From the NCBI GenBank assembly GCA_963977015.1, contig CAXBMO010000004.1, positions 96,001-160,000 of the forward strand: DNA of 64,000 nt. Reading direction: 5' to 3'. This stretch comes from an uncultured bacterium (GTDB lineage: Bacteria > Verrucomicrobiota > Verrucomicrobiia > Verrucomicrobiales > DEV007). The notes below the pieces were generated by a model. The model was not told the origin of the DNA. It saw nothing but the letters and a program-made list of their open reading frames with translations, and ran no database searches. The translations under genes were made by a program, and so were the position numbers. This document shows positions 29,209-38,618 of this stretch, piece by piece. Within the stretch, counting starts at the first letter, position 1. Each line of letters starts with the position of its first letter.

Positions 29209-29472
29209 CTATCGATCTCCCGATTGCCGCATCGCACCCGTCCCGCTGTAGCCCGAAGGGTTGGGTTTCCCCGTATTGCCACTGCTTCCGCCGGTCCGGG
29301 TGGCAGCCCCTTCCGACGTCTCCAAATCCCCCGCCTCCAACAACTTCACGACCGGCGGATGCTTGAGCGCCTTTTCCGTCACTTGACCCGTCTTTCCCGG
29401 TCCAAGAAACAACTTCTTTCCTTTTGGGAGGGAGACCGTCAGTGATTTTTTCGTCTTGTTGGTGATGTCCAT
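29209..29472 (-). CDS. Small hypothetical protein (87 aa)
   Basis: ATG-started ORF filling an intergenic gap with plausible composition; no motif recognised. Confidence 0.6.
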   Translation of the reverse strand: MDITNKTKKSLTVSLPKGKKLFLGPGKTGQVTEKALKHPPVVKLLEAGDLETSEGAATRTGGSSGNTGKPNPSGYSGTGAMRQSGDR

Positions 29473-29566
29473 GGGGATTGATCTTGCACACCCTAACAGG
29501 TACTAACCTCACGTCCAGATAGGAATTGCGGAAGAATGGACTTTTTCACGCTCTGCTTGCAGTCCC

Positions 29567-30889
29567 CTATCGCGCTGAAAGCGGTTTCTGGTCGATGGTC
29601 AAATTCGTCGGAAGATCCTTGATCAGCCAATTGCAGTTTTGGATGTAAATCGTCCGTTGGACTGCAACTTCAAAAACCGGAGGCTCAGGATCATCGATAA
29701 AGCGGCAATCATCGAACGTGCAGTTCTCCATCAGGCTAAGCACGCTCGCAGGAATCACACACTTCCGAAAGTGCGTGTCGCGAATCATGGCCCAGTCCGA
29801 CAACGCAAATGCTCCAGGCTTATCGTCCTTGTGATACTTGATGGGAACAAATTCGACCCGCTCCACGTGGGAATTAACCATCTGCAACCCAATATGGCTG
29901 GACTCCCACCGTTTCACAAAGGAGCCCGTTATCGTGCAATTCAAGAACTGCCATCTCGTCATTGGCCGACCACCGAACCATCCCCCTCCCTTCCCAATAT
30001 CCATATCCTTTAAGGTGCAATCCTGAAGGTAGAGCTTGGCGCCCAAGTTCCCGTAAAGCCCAAAGCTATCGAACGTTACGCCTTTCGCAACGGTCACGTA
30101 GTTACCAACGTTCCAGGCCGTATTATCCTCCAACCCTTTGAACGTCGTCCCGGGTTGCAGCACGAGTTCGTATCCTGAACCTCTTCCAATTTCTCGCTTC
30201 TCGCGCAATCGAAAGTTCGCGACCGGCAACGTGAGCTTTTCGGGCCATTTGTCTCGTTCAAAAATGTCATCGCTCACCAACGGTGGAGAAAACGATGGGA
30301 TTGGAGCGATCGCAGCCAGCCCGGCGGGTAGGGTATTTGCCCGTCCAACACTCAAGGTTCCCATCGCATTTTCCGGATTCAGAAATGGAGTGACCCGCTC
30401 GGTCTCCGATTTCACAGCGAGGGCTTCGTCAATCCTTCCCGCCTTTGTCAGCCGCAATTGCAGGGGCTCCAACAACTTCAAATACGACGTCGTCAGCTTC
30501 ACGATATCGTCCGATTTCTTCTCATCAATCGGCTCTTTCGCAACTTCCATTCGCGAACGCAAATCCTTGATTTCATCCAGATCGTCAGGGCCCATCGCCC
30601 CAGATTTCTCGAACAATTCTCGCTCGTTCTTGACCTTTACCAACTCCGTCAGCTTTCCCTCTTTCTGCATCTTTTGCTCCAGCTTCACCAGCGCCACCAC
30701 ATAGTGCTTGTTCAAGTCGGCAATCTTCTCGGCATGCTCTTGGACGATCTTGTCGAGGGCATCGTCAAACCGCTTCCTCAACTCCTCCGGAGATCCGGGA
30801 ACCTGCGCTGACGTCAGAATCGGGAACAGCGCCCAAAGCGCAAAAATTCCCATTTTTTGTGAAATACGAGTGCCCAAAATCGTTCTCAT
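29567..30889 (-). CDS. Exported hypothetical protein (coiled-coil N-terminus, beta-helix-like C-terminus)
   Basis: Signal peptide, helical charged region, then repeated F.NCT/FDDC-type short beta motifs. Confidence 0.7.
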   Translation of the reverse strand: MRTILGTRISQKMGIFALWALFPILTSAQVPGSPEELRKRFDDALDKIVQEHAEKIADLNKHYVVALVKLEQKMQKEGKLTELVKVKNERELFEKSGAMGPDDLDEIKDLRSRMEVAKEPIDEKKSDDIVKLTTSYLKLLEPLQLRLTKAGRIDEALAVKSETERVTPFLNPENAMGTLSVGRANTLPAGLAAIAPIPSFSPPLVSDDIFERDKWPEKLTLPVANFRLREKREIGRGSGYELVLQPGTTFKGLEDNTAWNVGNYVTVAKGVTFDSFGLYGNLGAKLYLQDCTLKDMDIGKGGGWFGGRPMTRWQFLNCTITGSFVKRWESSHIGLQMVNSHVERVEFVPIKYHKDDKPGAFALSDWAMIRDTHFRKCVIPASVLSLMENCTFDDCRFIDDPEPPVFEVAVQRTIYIQNCNWLIKDLPTNLTIDQKPLSAR

Positions 30890-31136
30890 GGTTTTTTAAT
30901 CAACGGTGCCAATCGAAAAAACCAAGGAGGAGAAACCAAGTCAGGGCAAGCAGTTTTCCCTCTCCAGCCTATCGCCTTGAAAACGATTTGCCCTTCTGCC
31001 CAAGTTTTGAAGGAAAAAGCGAGGGCCTCCGGCTGGCGATAGGAGGCAGGTTGGGCAGGGATGCCGAGCACCGAAGGCCCTCTTGCCAAGAGATTCGTGC
31101 GAACGCTCGAACCGGATGCTGAGGAATCCGATTTTT

Positions 31137-31973
31137 TCACTTCGGCTCAAGAATGAGCCGGCTTCGACGCATGTCAATCGTCACCCGAAATCGACTCAAC
31201 ACCGCGTTCCCGAGCAAACCATTCTCACCCGGAAAGAGCGCTCCTCCCCGCGCCGTCGTCCGCATATTGGAGAAGGTTTGGCTTCCCAGGGTGACGTCAT
31301 TCTTGCCGGAGGTCGAGATCTTCCCGGTAAATCCAATTGAACTGGTTCTCGACTTGGAATTCGCGATCAATCGGGCACCGGCAGTCGACCAAAGGATTCC
31401 TCCGGTACTTCCCGTATCAATCCGCATCCGTGGCAACGATGCATCGCCAACTTCGACCGGAACACACATCGCCCCGTAATTGCGGCGAATCGGCAAGATC
31501 TCTGCGGCCCCACCGGGCGAGTAGCCCGACAGCACCCGAAGCTGACGAGCCCGGTAATCAATCTGGACCACGCGGCCATGAAAGTAGTCTGCTCCCAGCA
31601 AACCATCCACCTTCCGCCCCGCCTTCCGGCTTGCTGCGGAGAGATCGAGCGTCAAAAACGACTTTCGGAGGCTCACACCCGCGCAGCGCAGGCCATGACT
31701 CTGCGAACGATACCCTTGGACGAGTCCGCCGACACCGCGCACCGTCTCCTTCCGTCCAAGCGAGAGCCCCAAGGTTTCCGCCGTCTGCAAATTCAGCACC
31801 GTTTCTTCCGCCCCGGTATCAACAATGAACGTCAGCGGCCTCTTCCCGGAATCGGAAGTCACGTTCACCCAGACCAAACCGCTGCGGGATTGAATCGGTG
31901 CCTGACCCGCCTCAGCAGCGGCAAGCAAGGCGCAAAGTGTCAGGATTTTGGCAAAAACTAGGAAGGATCGCAT
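31137..31973 (-). CDS. Two-domain retropepsin-like aspartyl protease
   Basis: FIVDTGA...DGLLGADYF and RIDTGS...NGLLGNAVL; signal peptide after the ATG at 31973. Confidence 0.88.
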   Translation of the reverse strand: MRSFLVFAKILTLCALLAAAEAGQAPIQSRSGLVWVNVTSDSGKRPLTFIVDTGAEETVLNLQTAETLGLSLGRKETVRGVGGLVQGYRSQSHGLRCAGVSLRKSFLTLDLSAASRKAGRKVDGLLGADYFHGRVVQIDYRARQLRVLSGYSPGGAAEILPIRRNYGAMCVPVEVGDASLPRMRIDTGSTGGILWSTAGARLIANSKSRTSSIGFTGKISTSGKNDVTLGSQTFSNMRTTARGGALFPGENGLLGNAVLSRFRVTIDMRRSRLILEPK

Positions 31974-32160
31974 GGGCGAGCCTGAAGCATCATCGATGCC
32001 AACCCGTGCAAGACGCCTCAATTTGCGGAAACTCCCACCTATTTTGCACCTTTCCCCTCAACCGGTCGGGAAAACCGTCGGATGTTCTAAAAAACATGTA
32101 AGGGATAGGGGCCCCTTTGGCGTATAATTTAGGAACACTAAAACCCATAACAACAAACCA

Positions 32161-32430
32161 ATGAAATCCCCTGTATACATAGCTACCATCCTTCTTGCCA
32201 CCCTCGGTTTTGCTTGGGCAGCTCCGCCATCCAAGATTCACAACCCGAACTACAAACAAGTTCGCGCTGAGAAGCAGGCAGACCTCGCCAATCGATCCGA
32301 GCGCATGAGACGGATGCAAAGGATGCATCGCATGCAACCGACTGAGCAACGCGCTTCCACCGTCGCTCTCAACGTTCGCGAGAAGAGAAATCAGTTCAAG
32401 ACCCATGGTCATCGGAACAAAGGCCACTAA
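32161..32430 (+). CDS. Small secreted basic protein
   Basis: Clear signal peptide (AWA|A), A/C-rich leader upstream, hairpin downstream. Confidence 0.7.
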   Translation: MKSPVYIATILLATLGFAWAAPPSKIHNPNYKQVRAEKQADLANRSERMRRMQRMHRMQPTEQRASTVALNVREKRNQFKTHGHRNKGH

Positions 32431-32481
32431 GTCACCCTGATGTTTGATGTCATAACCCTTTGACCTCAAACATTGGTTTAC

Positions 32482-32522
32482 AGCCCGAGCGCGAAGCCCC
32501 TGCTAAACGCTCGGGCTTCTTC
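32482..32522 (+). terminator. Possible terminator between convergent genes
   Basis: AGCCCGAGCG / CGCTCGGGCT 10-bp stem with a 16-nt loop and a short T-rich tail. Confidence 0.5.
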
Positions 32523-32543
32523 GTGCAAACGCCTGACTTGTTC

Positions 32544-33581
32544 TCAATGCGATGAGAATTCAGGCGCCTGAAATCTGGGCGGGTCGAGTCCGGGATGCCG
32601 CTCAAGATAATGGGTGAAATAAGCAACGACGGCGTCGAGGCGTTTCTCGGTCGGATGAAGTGGTTGTTCGCTTGATCCGCTCCTCAAGACCAGGTTTCCA
32701 TTCAAGATCGAGTGGGGCGGGTTTGGAACGAGTCCCGGAACGATGCGATCATGGTTCCGATCGAAATACTCGTCTTTCCTCGATATCGTCCAATCGAAGA
32801 GAACCTCGTCGCCAAACTCTCGGCGCAGAACCTGGAGATGGCGCTTCGGCGAGAGTGGATCCGTTTCAAAACGCATGGCGACCGGTGGAGCCGCCGTCCC
32901 ATTTTTGACCCGCTCAACCGCATGCTCAAGATCACTTCCCGGGATGCCCAAAGTGCAGAACGTCTGATCAAGCGGCATCAAAACAGGAGCGAACATGGGC
33001 AAAACCGGCTGACTGCTGACCGTGGCGCGAACCTCTGGCTCGCTCAGCATGGCGAGAGCGACCGATCCGGTAAAACACATTCCGATCACCCCGATCGGTT
33101 TGCCGGGATTCTCGGCTGCCACTTGGCGAATTTCCCGCCGCAAAAGCTCAAAGATTGGCCGGCTCCCCTTTTGCAGCTTCCATTCCGCCGTTCTTCCAGC
33201 CATTACATAAAACTCGTTTTCAGAGACGCCGTGATCGGGCCCAAACATGATCGGCATGATGACTTTGAAATGGCCTCGCCTTTCGATTTCTTCGGCCAAT
33301 CGCAGTATCCCTGCATCGAGCCCGGTAATCTCATGCAGGAGGACGATGGGAAGCCGGTCCTTGCTCGCCTGATTCAAGCGGGACCGAACCAGCGGAAGTC
33401 GGTCCGGAGCTGTTTCTTCGGGAAAAACGAAACGATTCTGAAAGCCGAGCGCTTCCTCCGACAGCACTTTCGAGGGCCGCTCTGCATCACAACAACTCCT
33501 GGACGTGGAGCACGACACCAGAACCAGATTCGCAGCCACCATGACTGAAAACGCGACGAATGTTGGCTTGGTTGTTTGCAC
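32544..33581 (-). CDS. Dienelactone-hydrolase-family lipoprotein
   Basis: Lipobox LVSC, LLHEITG, GMCFTG Cys nucleophile, HSIL. Confidence 0.8.
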   Translation of the reverse strand: MQTTKPTFVAFSVMVAANLVLVSCSTSRSCCDAERPSKVLSEEALGFQNRFVFPEETAPDRLPLVRSRLNQASKDRLPIVLLHEITGLDAGILRLAEEIERRGHFKVIMPIMFGPDHGVSENEFYVMAGRTAEWKLQKGSRPIFELLRREIRQVAAENPGKPIGVIGMCFTGSVALAMLSEPEVRATVSSQPVLPMFAPVLMPLDQTFCTLGIPGSDLEHAVERVKNGTAAPPVAMRFETDPLSPKRHLQVLRREFGDEVLFDWTISRKDEYFDRNHDRIVPGLVPNPPHSILNGNLVLRSGSSEQPLHPTEKRLDAVVAYFTHYLERHPGLDPPRFQAPEFSSH

Positions 33582-33587
33582 GGGCTT

Positions 33588-34964
33588 TCAATCGATCTTT
33601 CCTCCAACCGCTTTGGCGATCGCCACCTGGTCGATCACGATGAGGTGACGCAGGGCCAGCTCGGACCGACGCGCAGCGAGGTAACTGCGTTGGTCATCAA
33701 GCACTTCGACATGGGAAACGACACCGGCTGCAAAATTCGTCCTCGTCGTTTTCCAAACGTCGCGCCATTGCGCCGTTTCGCGGCGGACGGATTCAAACTG
33801 GCGGCGGTGATGAGCCACGTCAATCAAGGCGATCTCCAATTCTTCGAACGCGGCCAACAGCGCGGTTTCCCAAGCGGCCACGGCGGCATCGGTTCGCGCT
33901 TGGGTGGCACGGGCCCGGGCCCGATTGGTGGGATCCAACACCGGCAATTGAAGTCGAGGGCCTCCTCCCGCCAGCCACGCCCCCACCGGGCCGGAAAGTG
34001 AGCCCGCCATCGCGATTCCATCCAGCTCCATGGTCAGCGCAGGATAGAGATTCAACCGGTCCGCCTGTTCTTGAGCATAGCTGGAAAATACGGCGGCTTC
34101 CGCAGCAAGCAGATCAGGGCGCTGCCGAATCCATTCCAACGGGACTTGCCGGGGAACCTTCTCGAACAGCCGGGAAGTGGAAAGGCCCTTTTGCGGGGGA
34201 GCAGACGTCCCGGGATGTTGCCCCTTCAGGACGTCGAGCCGGATGGCCGCGACTTCCCGTTGCCGGTCGATCTCAATCGACGTCCCGCGGAGCGTTTCCG
34301 TCTCTGCTTCCTGGCGACCGGTCTCTGCGGTGGAGGCCAGGCCCGCCTGTTCACGATTGCGGGTCGTCTCCGCAATTTCTTCGCTGGATTCCAGCAACTC
34401 CGCGACGATCTCGCGCTCCTCGTTCAATCGCAACAGTGTGAACCAGGCGACGGCGACCTCGGCGGACAACGCCAGTTGGACCGCTTGCAGATCGGCCTCG
34501 CGCTGACGCAAATTCTCCGTTGCCGATCGGGAACGAGCCGCAATGCGACCGAACAGATCGATCTCCCAGGAGGCGGTGGCCGCCGCGCGCCACGGATCGA
34601 TCCGGACATTCCGAAACGCGGTTTCGCGATTGCTTTCGCGCCCCTGGGTAAAGCCGGCTCCCAAATTGGCCCGGGGCAGACCTTCTGCCCGCTGGGCCTG
34701 AGCCAGTTCCCGAGCCTCACGGATGCGGGCGGCGGCGCTGTCCAAATCCGGGTTGCCCTCAAGCGCGGTCTCAACGGCCCGATTCAGCCCCGGATCACCG
34801 AACTCCCGCCACCAGGCGGGGATTTCGGCGAGAGGAGCGGTTTCCCGAACCTCGCTTTTCCCAAGCTGAGGGGCGTCCCGTTTTGGCACACTCGAGCAGC
34901 CGACAAATCCCAGGGAAAGACTCAGCGCAAGAATCGGGAAAAACTGTCTCCACGGGATTCGCAT
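33588..34964 (-). CDS. Outer-membrane efflux lipoprotein (TolC/NodT family)
   Basis: Lipobox FVGC, WWREFGDP.L, SWEIDLFG, RPDL.AAE, KAVGG. Confidence 0.92.
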   Translation of the reverse strand: MRIPWRQFFPILALSLSLGFVGCSSVPKRDAPQLGKSEVRETAPLAEIPAWWREFGDPGLNRAVETALEGNPDLDSAAARIREARELAQAQRAEGLPRANLGAGFTQGRESNRETAFRNVRIDPWRAAATASWEIDLFGRIAARSRSATENLRQREADLQAVQLALSAEVAVAWFTLLRLNEEREIVAELLESSEEIAETTRNREQAGLASTAETGRQEAETETLRGTSIEIDRQREVAAIRLDVLKGQHPGTSAPPQKGLSTSRLFEKVPRQVPLEWIRQRPDLLAAEAAVFSSYAQEQADRLNLYPALTMELDGIAMAGSLSGPVGAWLAGGGPRLQLPVLDPTNRARARATQARTDAAVAAWETALLAAFEELEIALIDVAHHRRQFESVRRETAQWRDVWKTTRTNFAAGVVSHVEVLDDQRSYLAARRSELALRHLIVIDQVAIAKAVGGKID

Positions 34965-34978
34965 GGTTGCGGCCTCGT

Positions 34979-35542
34979 CTAGCTGGGCTTCCGGTAAATC
35001 CCGGTCGCATTCACGATGAGGTTCTCCGCGGTTGATCCTTCGGCTACCGTCCCGGTGACGATGATCGAATCCAGCTCTTTCAAACCTCCGGCGCCTTTCA
35101 GTGTTTGCGTCATGGGCTTGCCATCCGCGTCACTGATCTGAACGGACAAACGGGAAGCCTTGATGGTTTCCGGGAGCGCACAACACGCATCCCACGGTGT
35201 CGGGCAACTATCGCCGGGAATCTTGTCGCACGTCTCAAGCGTGTCATCGGCGAGAACCAGCGTCGCAAAGCTTTCCGAGAACGGCTCCATTGCTCCGCCA
35301 ACCCTGCCAACGACGGTAATTTCAGCCCCCGGCGTAACTTCCTTGCGGGCTTCGATGACGGAAACGGCTTCCGACTCAGGCGCCGCGTCCAAAAGCACGG
35401 CTTTGATTTCAGGAAGGGGTTCAGCGGAAGCAGCGGCACTTTCCGCCTCTCCACCATCACCACAAGCACTCATGCCGAGCGCGAAGGCTCCGGCGGCAAG
35501 GGTTGAGAACAGGAAGGATGGACTCAGTATATTTTTCATCAT
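34979..35542 (-). CDS. Cys-motif lipoprotein (OB-fold-like)
   Basis: Lipobox MSAC; ITVVGRVGG; CDKIPGDSCPTPWDACC. Confidence 0.75.
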   Translation of the reverse strand: MMKNILSPSFLFSTLAAGAFALGMSACGDGGEAESAAASAEPLPEIKAVLLDAAPESEAVSVIEARKEVTPGAEITVVGRVGGAMEPFSESFATLVLADDTLETCDKIPGDSCPTPWDACCALPETIKASRLSVQISDADGKPMTQTLKGAGGLKELDSIIVTGTVAEGSTAENLIVNATGIYRKPS

Positions 35543-35572
35543 TTAGGTTTGTTAATAGTTAATTAAACGAAA

Positions 35573-36724
35573 TTAAGCGGAACGCAAGGCAGTTGGAAGT
35601 GGAGATTGGAGGCAGCGGATCGCCGGCGGTAGCGCTCCCAACGAACCGAGAAGCAAGCCGGTGAGCAGTCCCAGGCCAAGCACCGACAAGGGAAGCAACA
35701 GCTGAAAAGTCCCGATTGAGAACGGAACGGTGACGCCTTCGAGCAGGACGATGGCGAGAAACGCCGCGAGGAGCGTTCCCAACAACGTGGAAAGGAGACT
35801 TTCCTGAATCAGGGACACCAGGATGGCGAACCGGGAAAAACCGACGGCCTGAAGCGTCGCCAGTTCCCGGATGCGCGAGGCGTAGGCCGCATAAAGCAGG
35901 TTCAGCCCTCCAAACACGGCCCCCGCTCCAACCATCCCAGCCGTGAGCCAGGTCATCCCGCGAAGCGGACCGTAAAAGTTCGCCAACTTGGCGTAGTAAT
36001 CGGATTCGCGCATCGCCACCAGCTCCAGATCGAGGCGTTGCCGGCAAAAGAGATCGGCCTCAACAAATTGCTCCTCGGAATCCATCCGCAAAATGACGCA
36101 GGACAAGGCATCGCGCTGAATCGCGGTCATCAGATCCGTTCGGTCAAACCAGAGTTCCGACTCCATCACGGTGCCGCGCGCTTCAAAAATCCCGGAGACC
36201 ACGAAGGTCTGATCTTCCAGGTAAACTTTCGTCCCGGGTTGCACCTGGTCTTCCGCCAGCCCGAGCGAGTGATGCGCCAACGTGCCGACCAGGACTTCGC
36301 CCGGGCGCGGATAGCGGCCTTCGAGAATGCGCACCTCCCGATGAACCTCCAGAGCAGCTGGCGTGATGCCGCGCAAAATCGCCTGCTCTTCCGGGTGGTC
36401 GCCAATGCGCAGCAGCCCCATGTAATGGACCTCGCCGGACACCGCAGGCACTCCCAGCCGCGAACTAATGCCGCTGACGCCGGCGGTGGCCAACGTTTCC
36501 GCCTGGATCGCGACCTCGCTCCGCTCGACGCTTTCCTCGGAACCTGCTCCCATCAGAATGACGTTGCGAGGCGAACCCGTTGCTTCCAGAACCTGCTTCA
36601 TCCCAAGATTGAAGGAACCAGCCGCGAAGACGAGAAACACGACCAAACAGGAACCGCCGACTTTCTGAGCGAACCGGGTGGGATCGCGCAGCAAATTTCG
36701 GGTGGCGTAGGAAAACGGGAGCAT
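35573..36724 (-). CDS. ABC transporter permease (MacB/FtsX family)
   Basis: N-terminal TM, periplasmic domain, RIRELATLQAVGF, three C-terminal TMs. Confidence 0.9.
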   Translation of the reverse strand: MLPFSYATRNLLRDPTRFAQKVGGSCLVVFLVFAAGSFNLGMKQVLEATGSPRNVILMGAGSEESVERSEVAIQAETLATAGVSGISSRLGVPAVSGEVHYMGLLRIGDHPEEQAILRGITPAALEVHREVRILEGRYPRPGEVLVGTLAHHSLGLAEDQVQPGTKVYLEDQTFVVSGIFEARGTVMESELWFDRTDLMTAIQRDALSCVILRMDSEEQFVEADLFCRQRLDLELVAMRESDYYAKLANFYGPLRGMTWLTAGMVGAGAVFGGLNLLYAAYASRIRELATLQAVGFSRFAILVSLIQESLLSTLLGTLLAAFLAIVLLEGVTVPFSIGTFQLLLPLSVLGLGLLTGLLLGSLGALPPAIRCLQSPLPTALRSA

Positions 36725-36741
36725 GGTAGGAAAGGGCGGGG

Positions 36742-37893
36742 TCAGGCGTTTCGCAGGGAGGTGACAATCGGTTTGCGGGCCGCATCAAAGGCGGGCCAAA
36801 GTGAAGCGAGCAAGCCCAGAAAAACCGCCAGAACCAGCCCCCAGGTGATCACTTGAAAACTGGGGACAAGGGCAAGTGTTAGCCCCTCATTCCCAAACGT
36901 GAAGCGTTTCAGGTGAAAGAAGATGCCGGCGGTCAGGCTGCCCAGCGCTCCCCCACCCAGGCCGAGTAGAATGCCCTCCCATAACATGAGGACGCCGACC
37001 GATCTTCGCGGAAACCCAACCGTCTGCAGAATCGCATTTTCCTTGATCCGTCCCCGCGCAACGAGAAGGAGCGCATTGGCCACCAGCCCCAACACGGCAA
37101 AGACCGCGCCCACGCCGAGCCAACGGGTGAAGCTGATGATTTCAATCATGTCACTGGCGGTCTGGGCAAAGAATGCTTTCTCCGGGCGCGTATCCGTGGG
37201 TTGCGAATCCGAAGCAAAGAGTTCGTCGATGCTCTCCGCCACCGACTCCAGTTGCTCGGAGGAATCCACCTGAACATTGAACTGGGTCACCGTTCCCAGC
37301 CCGACCCGGGAGGACTGCTGAAGGAAAGGCAGATGAACGTAGGCCACGTTGTTGTCCTGAGCCGAGGGAGAACGAACAATCCCCGCCACATAGACGCGAA
37401 CGCCTACCGCTTCGAACTGATCGCCGGGTGTGAGGCGACGCCGTGCGGCAAAGTTCTCCCCCAACAGCGCTCCGTCGCTGCGGGCTACCCAATCCTCGAA
37501 CGAACCGGCAATAACCTCCAGCTCGGGATTATAGGGTTTCAGCTCCTCCGGCGGCACCCCGCGAAAGGTAATCACGTCCAGACTGGCGCCACAGTTGTTC
37601 ACCACAATCTGCACCGGAATCGCGTCGCTCACCCCGGGGATGCGCCGGATATCGCTCAGGTAATGCTCCGGAAGCCGGGACGTTGCCGGACAGAACCGGT
37701 TCTCCCGGTAGACGACGAGGGTGGTATCGTCCGCGCTGGCTTCCGTCGCCACGCGAAGCGACTGCTGCATCGTCTCCACCGCCGTAAAGAGGAACATCCC
37801 CGTTCCGACTCCCAGGATCGTGAGTAGGCTACGCAGCCGGTGGCGGGCGATCTGCTTGGTGGCCAAATGCGCCAGATGAAGGAGCATCTTCAT
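36742..37893 (-). CDS. ABC transporter permease (MacB/FtsX family)
   Basis: RHRLRSLLTILG, RIKENAILQTVGF, PAFDAARKPIVTSLR. Confidence 0.9.
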   Translation of the reverse strand: MKMLLHLAHLATKQIARHRLRSLLTILGVGTGMFLFTAVETMQQSLRVATEASADDTTLVVYRENRFCPATSRLPEHYLSDIRRIPGVSDAIPVQIVVNNCGASLDVITFRGVPPEELKPYNPELEVIAGSFEDWVARSDGALLGENFAARRRLTPGDQFEAVGVRVYVAGIVRSPSAQDNNVAYVHLPFLQQSSRVGLGTVTQFNVQVDSSEQLESVAESIDELFASDSQPTDTRPEKAFFAQTASDMIEIISFTRWLGVGAVFAVLGLVANALLLVARGRIKENAILQTVGFPRRSVGVLMLWEGILLGLGGGALGSLTAGIFFHLKRFTFGNEGLTLALVPSFQVITWGLVLAVFLGLLASLWPAFDAARKPIVTSLRNA

Positions 37894-38618
37894 TTCACGG
37901 GTGCTGGCTCAGGGGTCAGTTTTCCACCGCTCACCAATTGGCCCTTTTCCAGGAACAAGGTTCGCTCTGCCGCGTTGGCGGCGCGGGAATCGTGCGTCAC
38001 CATGACGATGGTCTTGCCGTGTTCGCCGGAAAGCTCCCGCAGCAGATCCAGAATCTGGTCGCCGGACTTGCGGTCCAGATCTCCGGTGGGTTCGTCGGCC
38101 ACCAGGAGCCCGGGATCGGCCACAATCGCCCGGGCAATGGCAACCCGTTGCTCCTGCCCTCCGGACAACTCAGACGGGCGATGACTCGCGCGATCGCTCA
38201 GCCCCACCAACTCCAACGCGGCGTGGACTCGCTCCCGGCGTTGCCCCCGGGAAAGCGATTTGTCGAGCAGGAGCGGCAGTTCCACGTTCTCAAACGCCGA
38301 CAAAATGGGGACCAGGTGATAGAGCTGAAAAATATAACCACAATGACCAGCCCGCCACTTGGTCAGTTGGCTGCGCGACATCGTGGCGAGGTTGTGGTCT
38401 CCAATCAGCAGCTCTCCGGACGTCGGCTGGTCGATCCCCGCAATGAGGTTGAGCAGCGTGGTTTTGCCCGACCCGGACGGCCCCATCAAGGCGAGAAACT
38501 CCCCTCCCCTCACCTCCAGATTGAGGTCTTCCAGCGGCGTTACCGTGATCTGTCCCTTGCGATACGACTTCGAAAGCTGGCGACAGCGGATGTAGGACTC
38601 TTGAGATTTTGAACTCAT
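37890..38618 (-). CDS. ABC ATP-binding protein (LolD/MacB type)
   Basis: GPSGSGKT, LSGGQEQR, ADEPTGDLD, VTHD. Confidence 0.95.
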   Translation of the reverse strand: MSSKSQESYIRCRQLSKSYRKGQITVTPLEDLNLEVRGGEFLALMGPSGSGKTTLLNLIAGIDQPTSGELLIGDHNLATMSRSQLTKWRAGHCGYIFQLYHLVPILSAFENVELPLLLDKSLSRGQRRERVHAALELVGLSDRASHRPSELSGGQEQRVAIARAIVADPGLLVADEPTGDLDRKSGDQILDLLRELSGEHGKTIVMVTHDSRAANAAERTLFLEKGQLVSGGKLTPEPAPVK

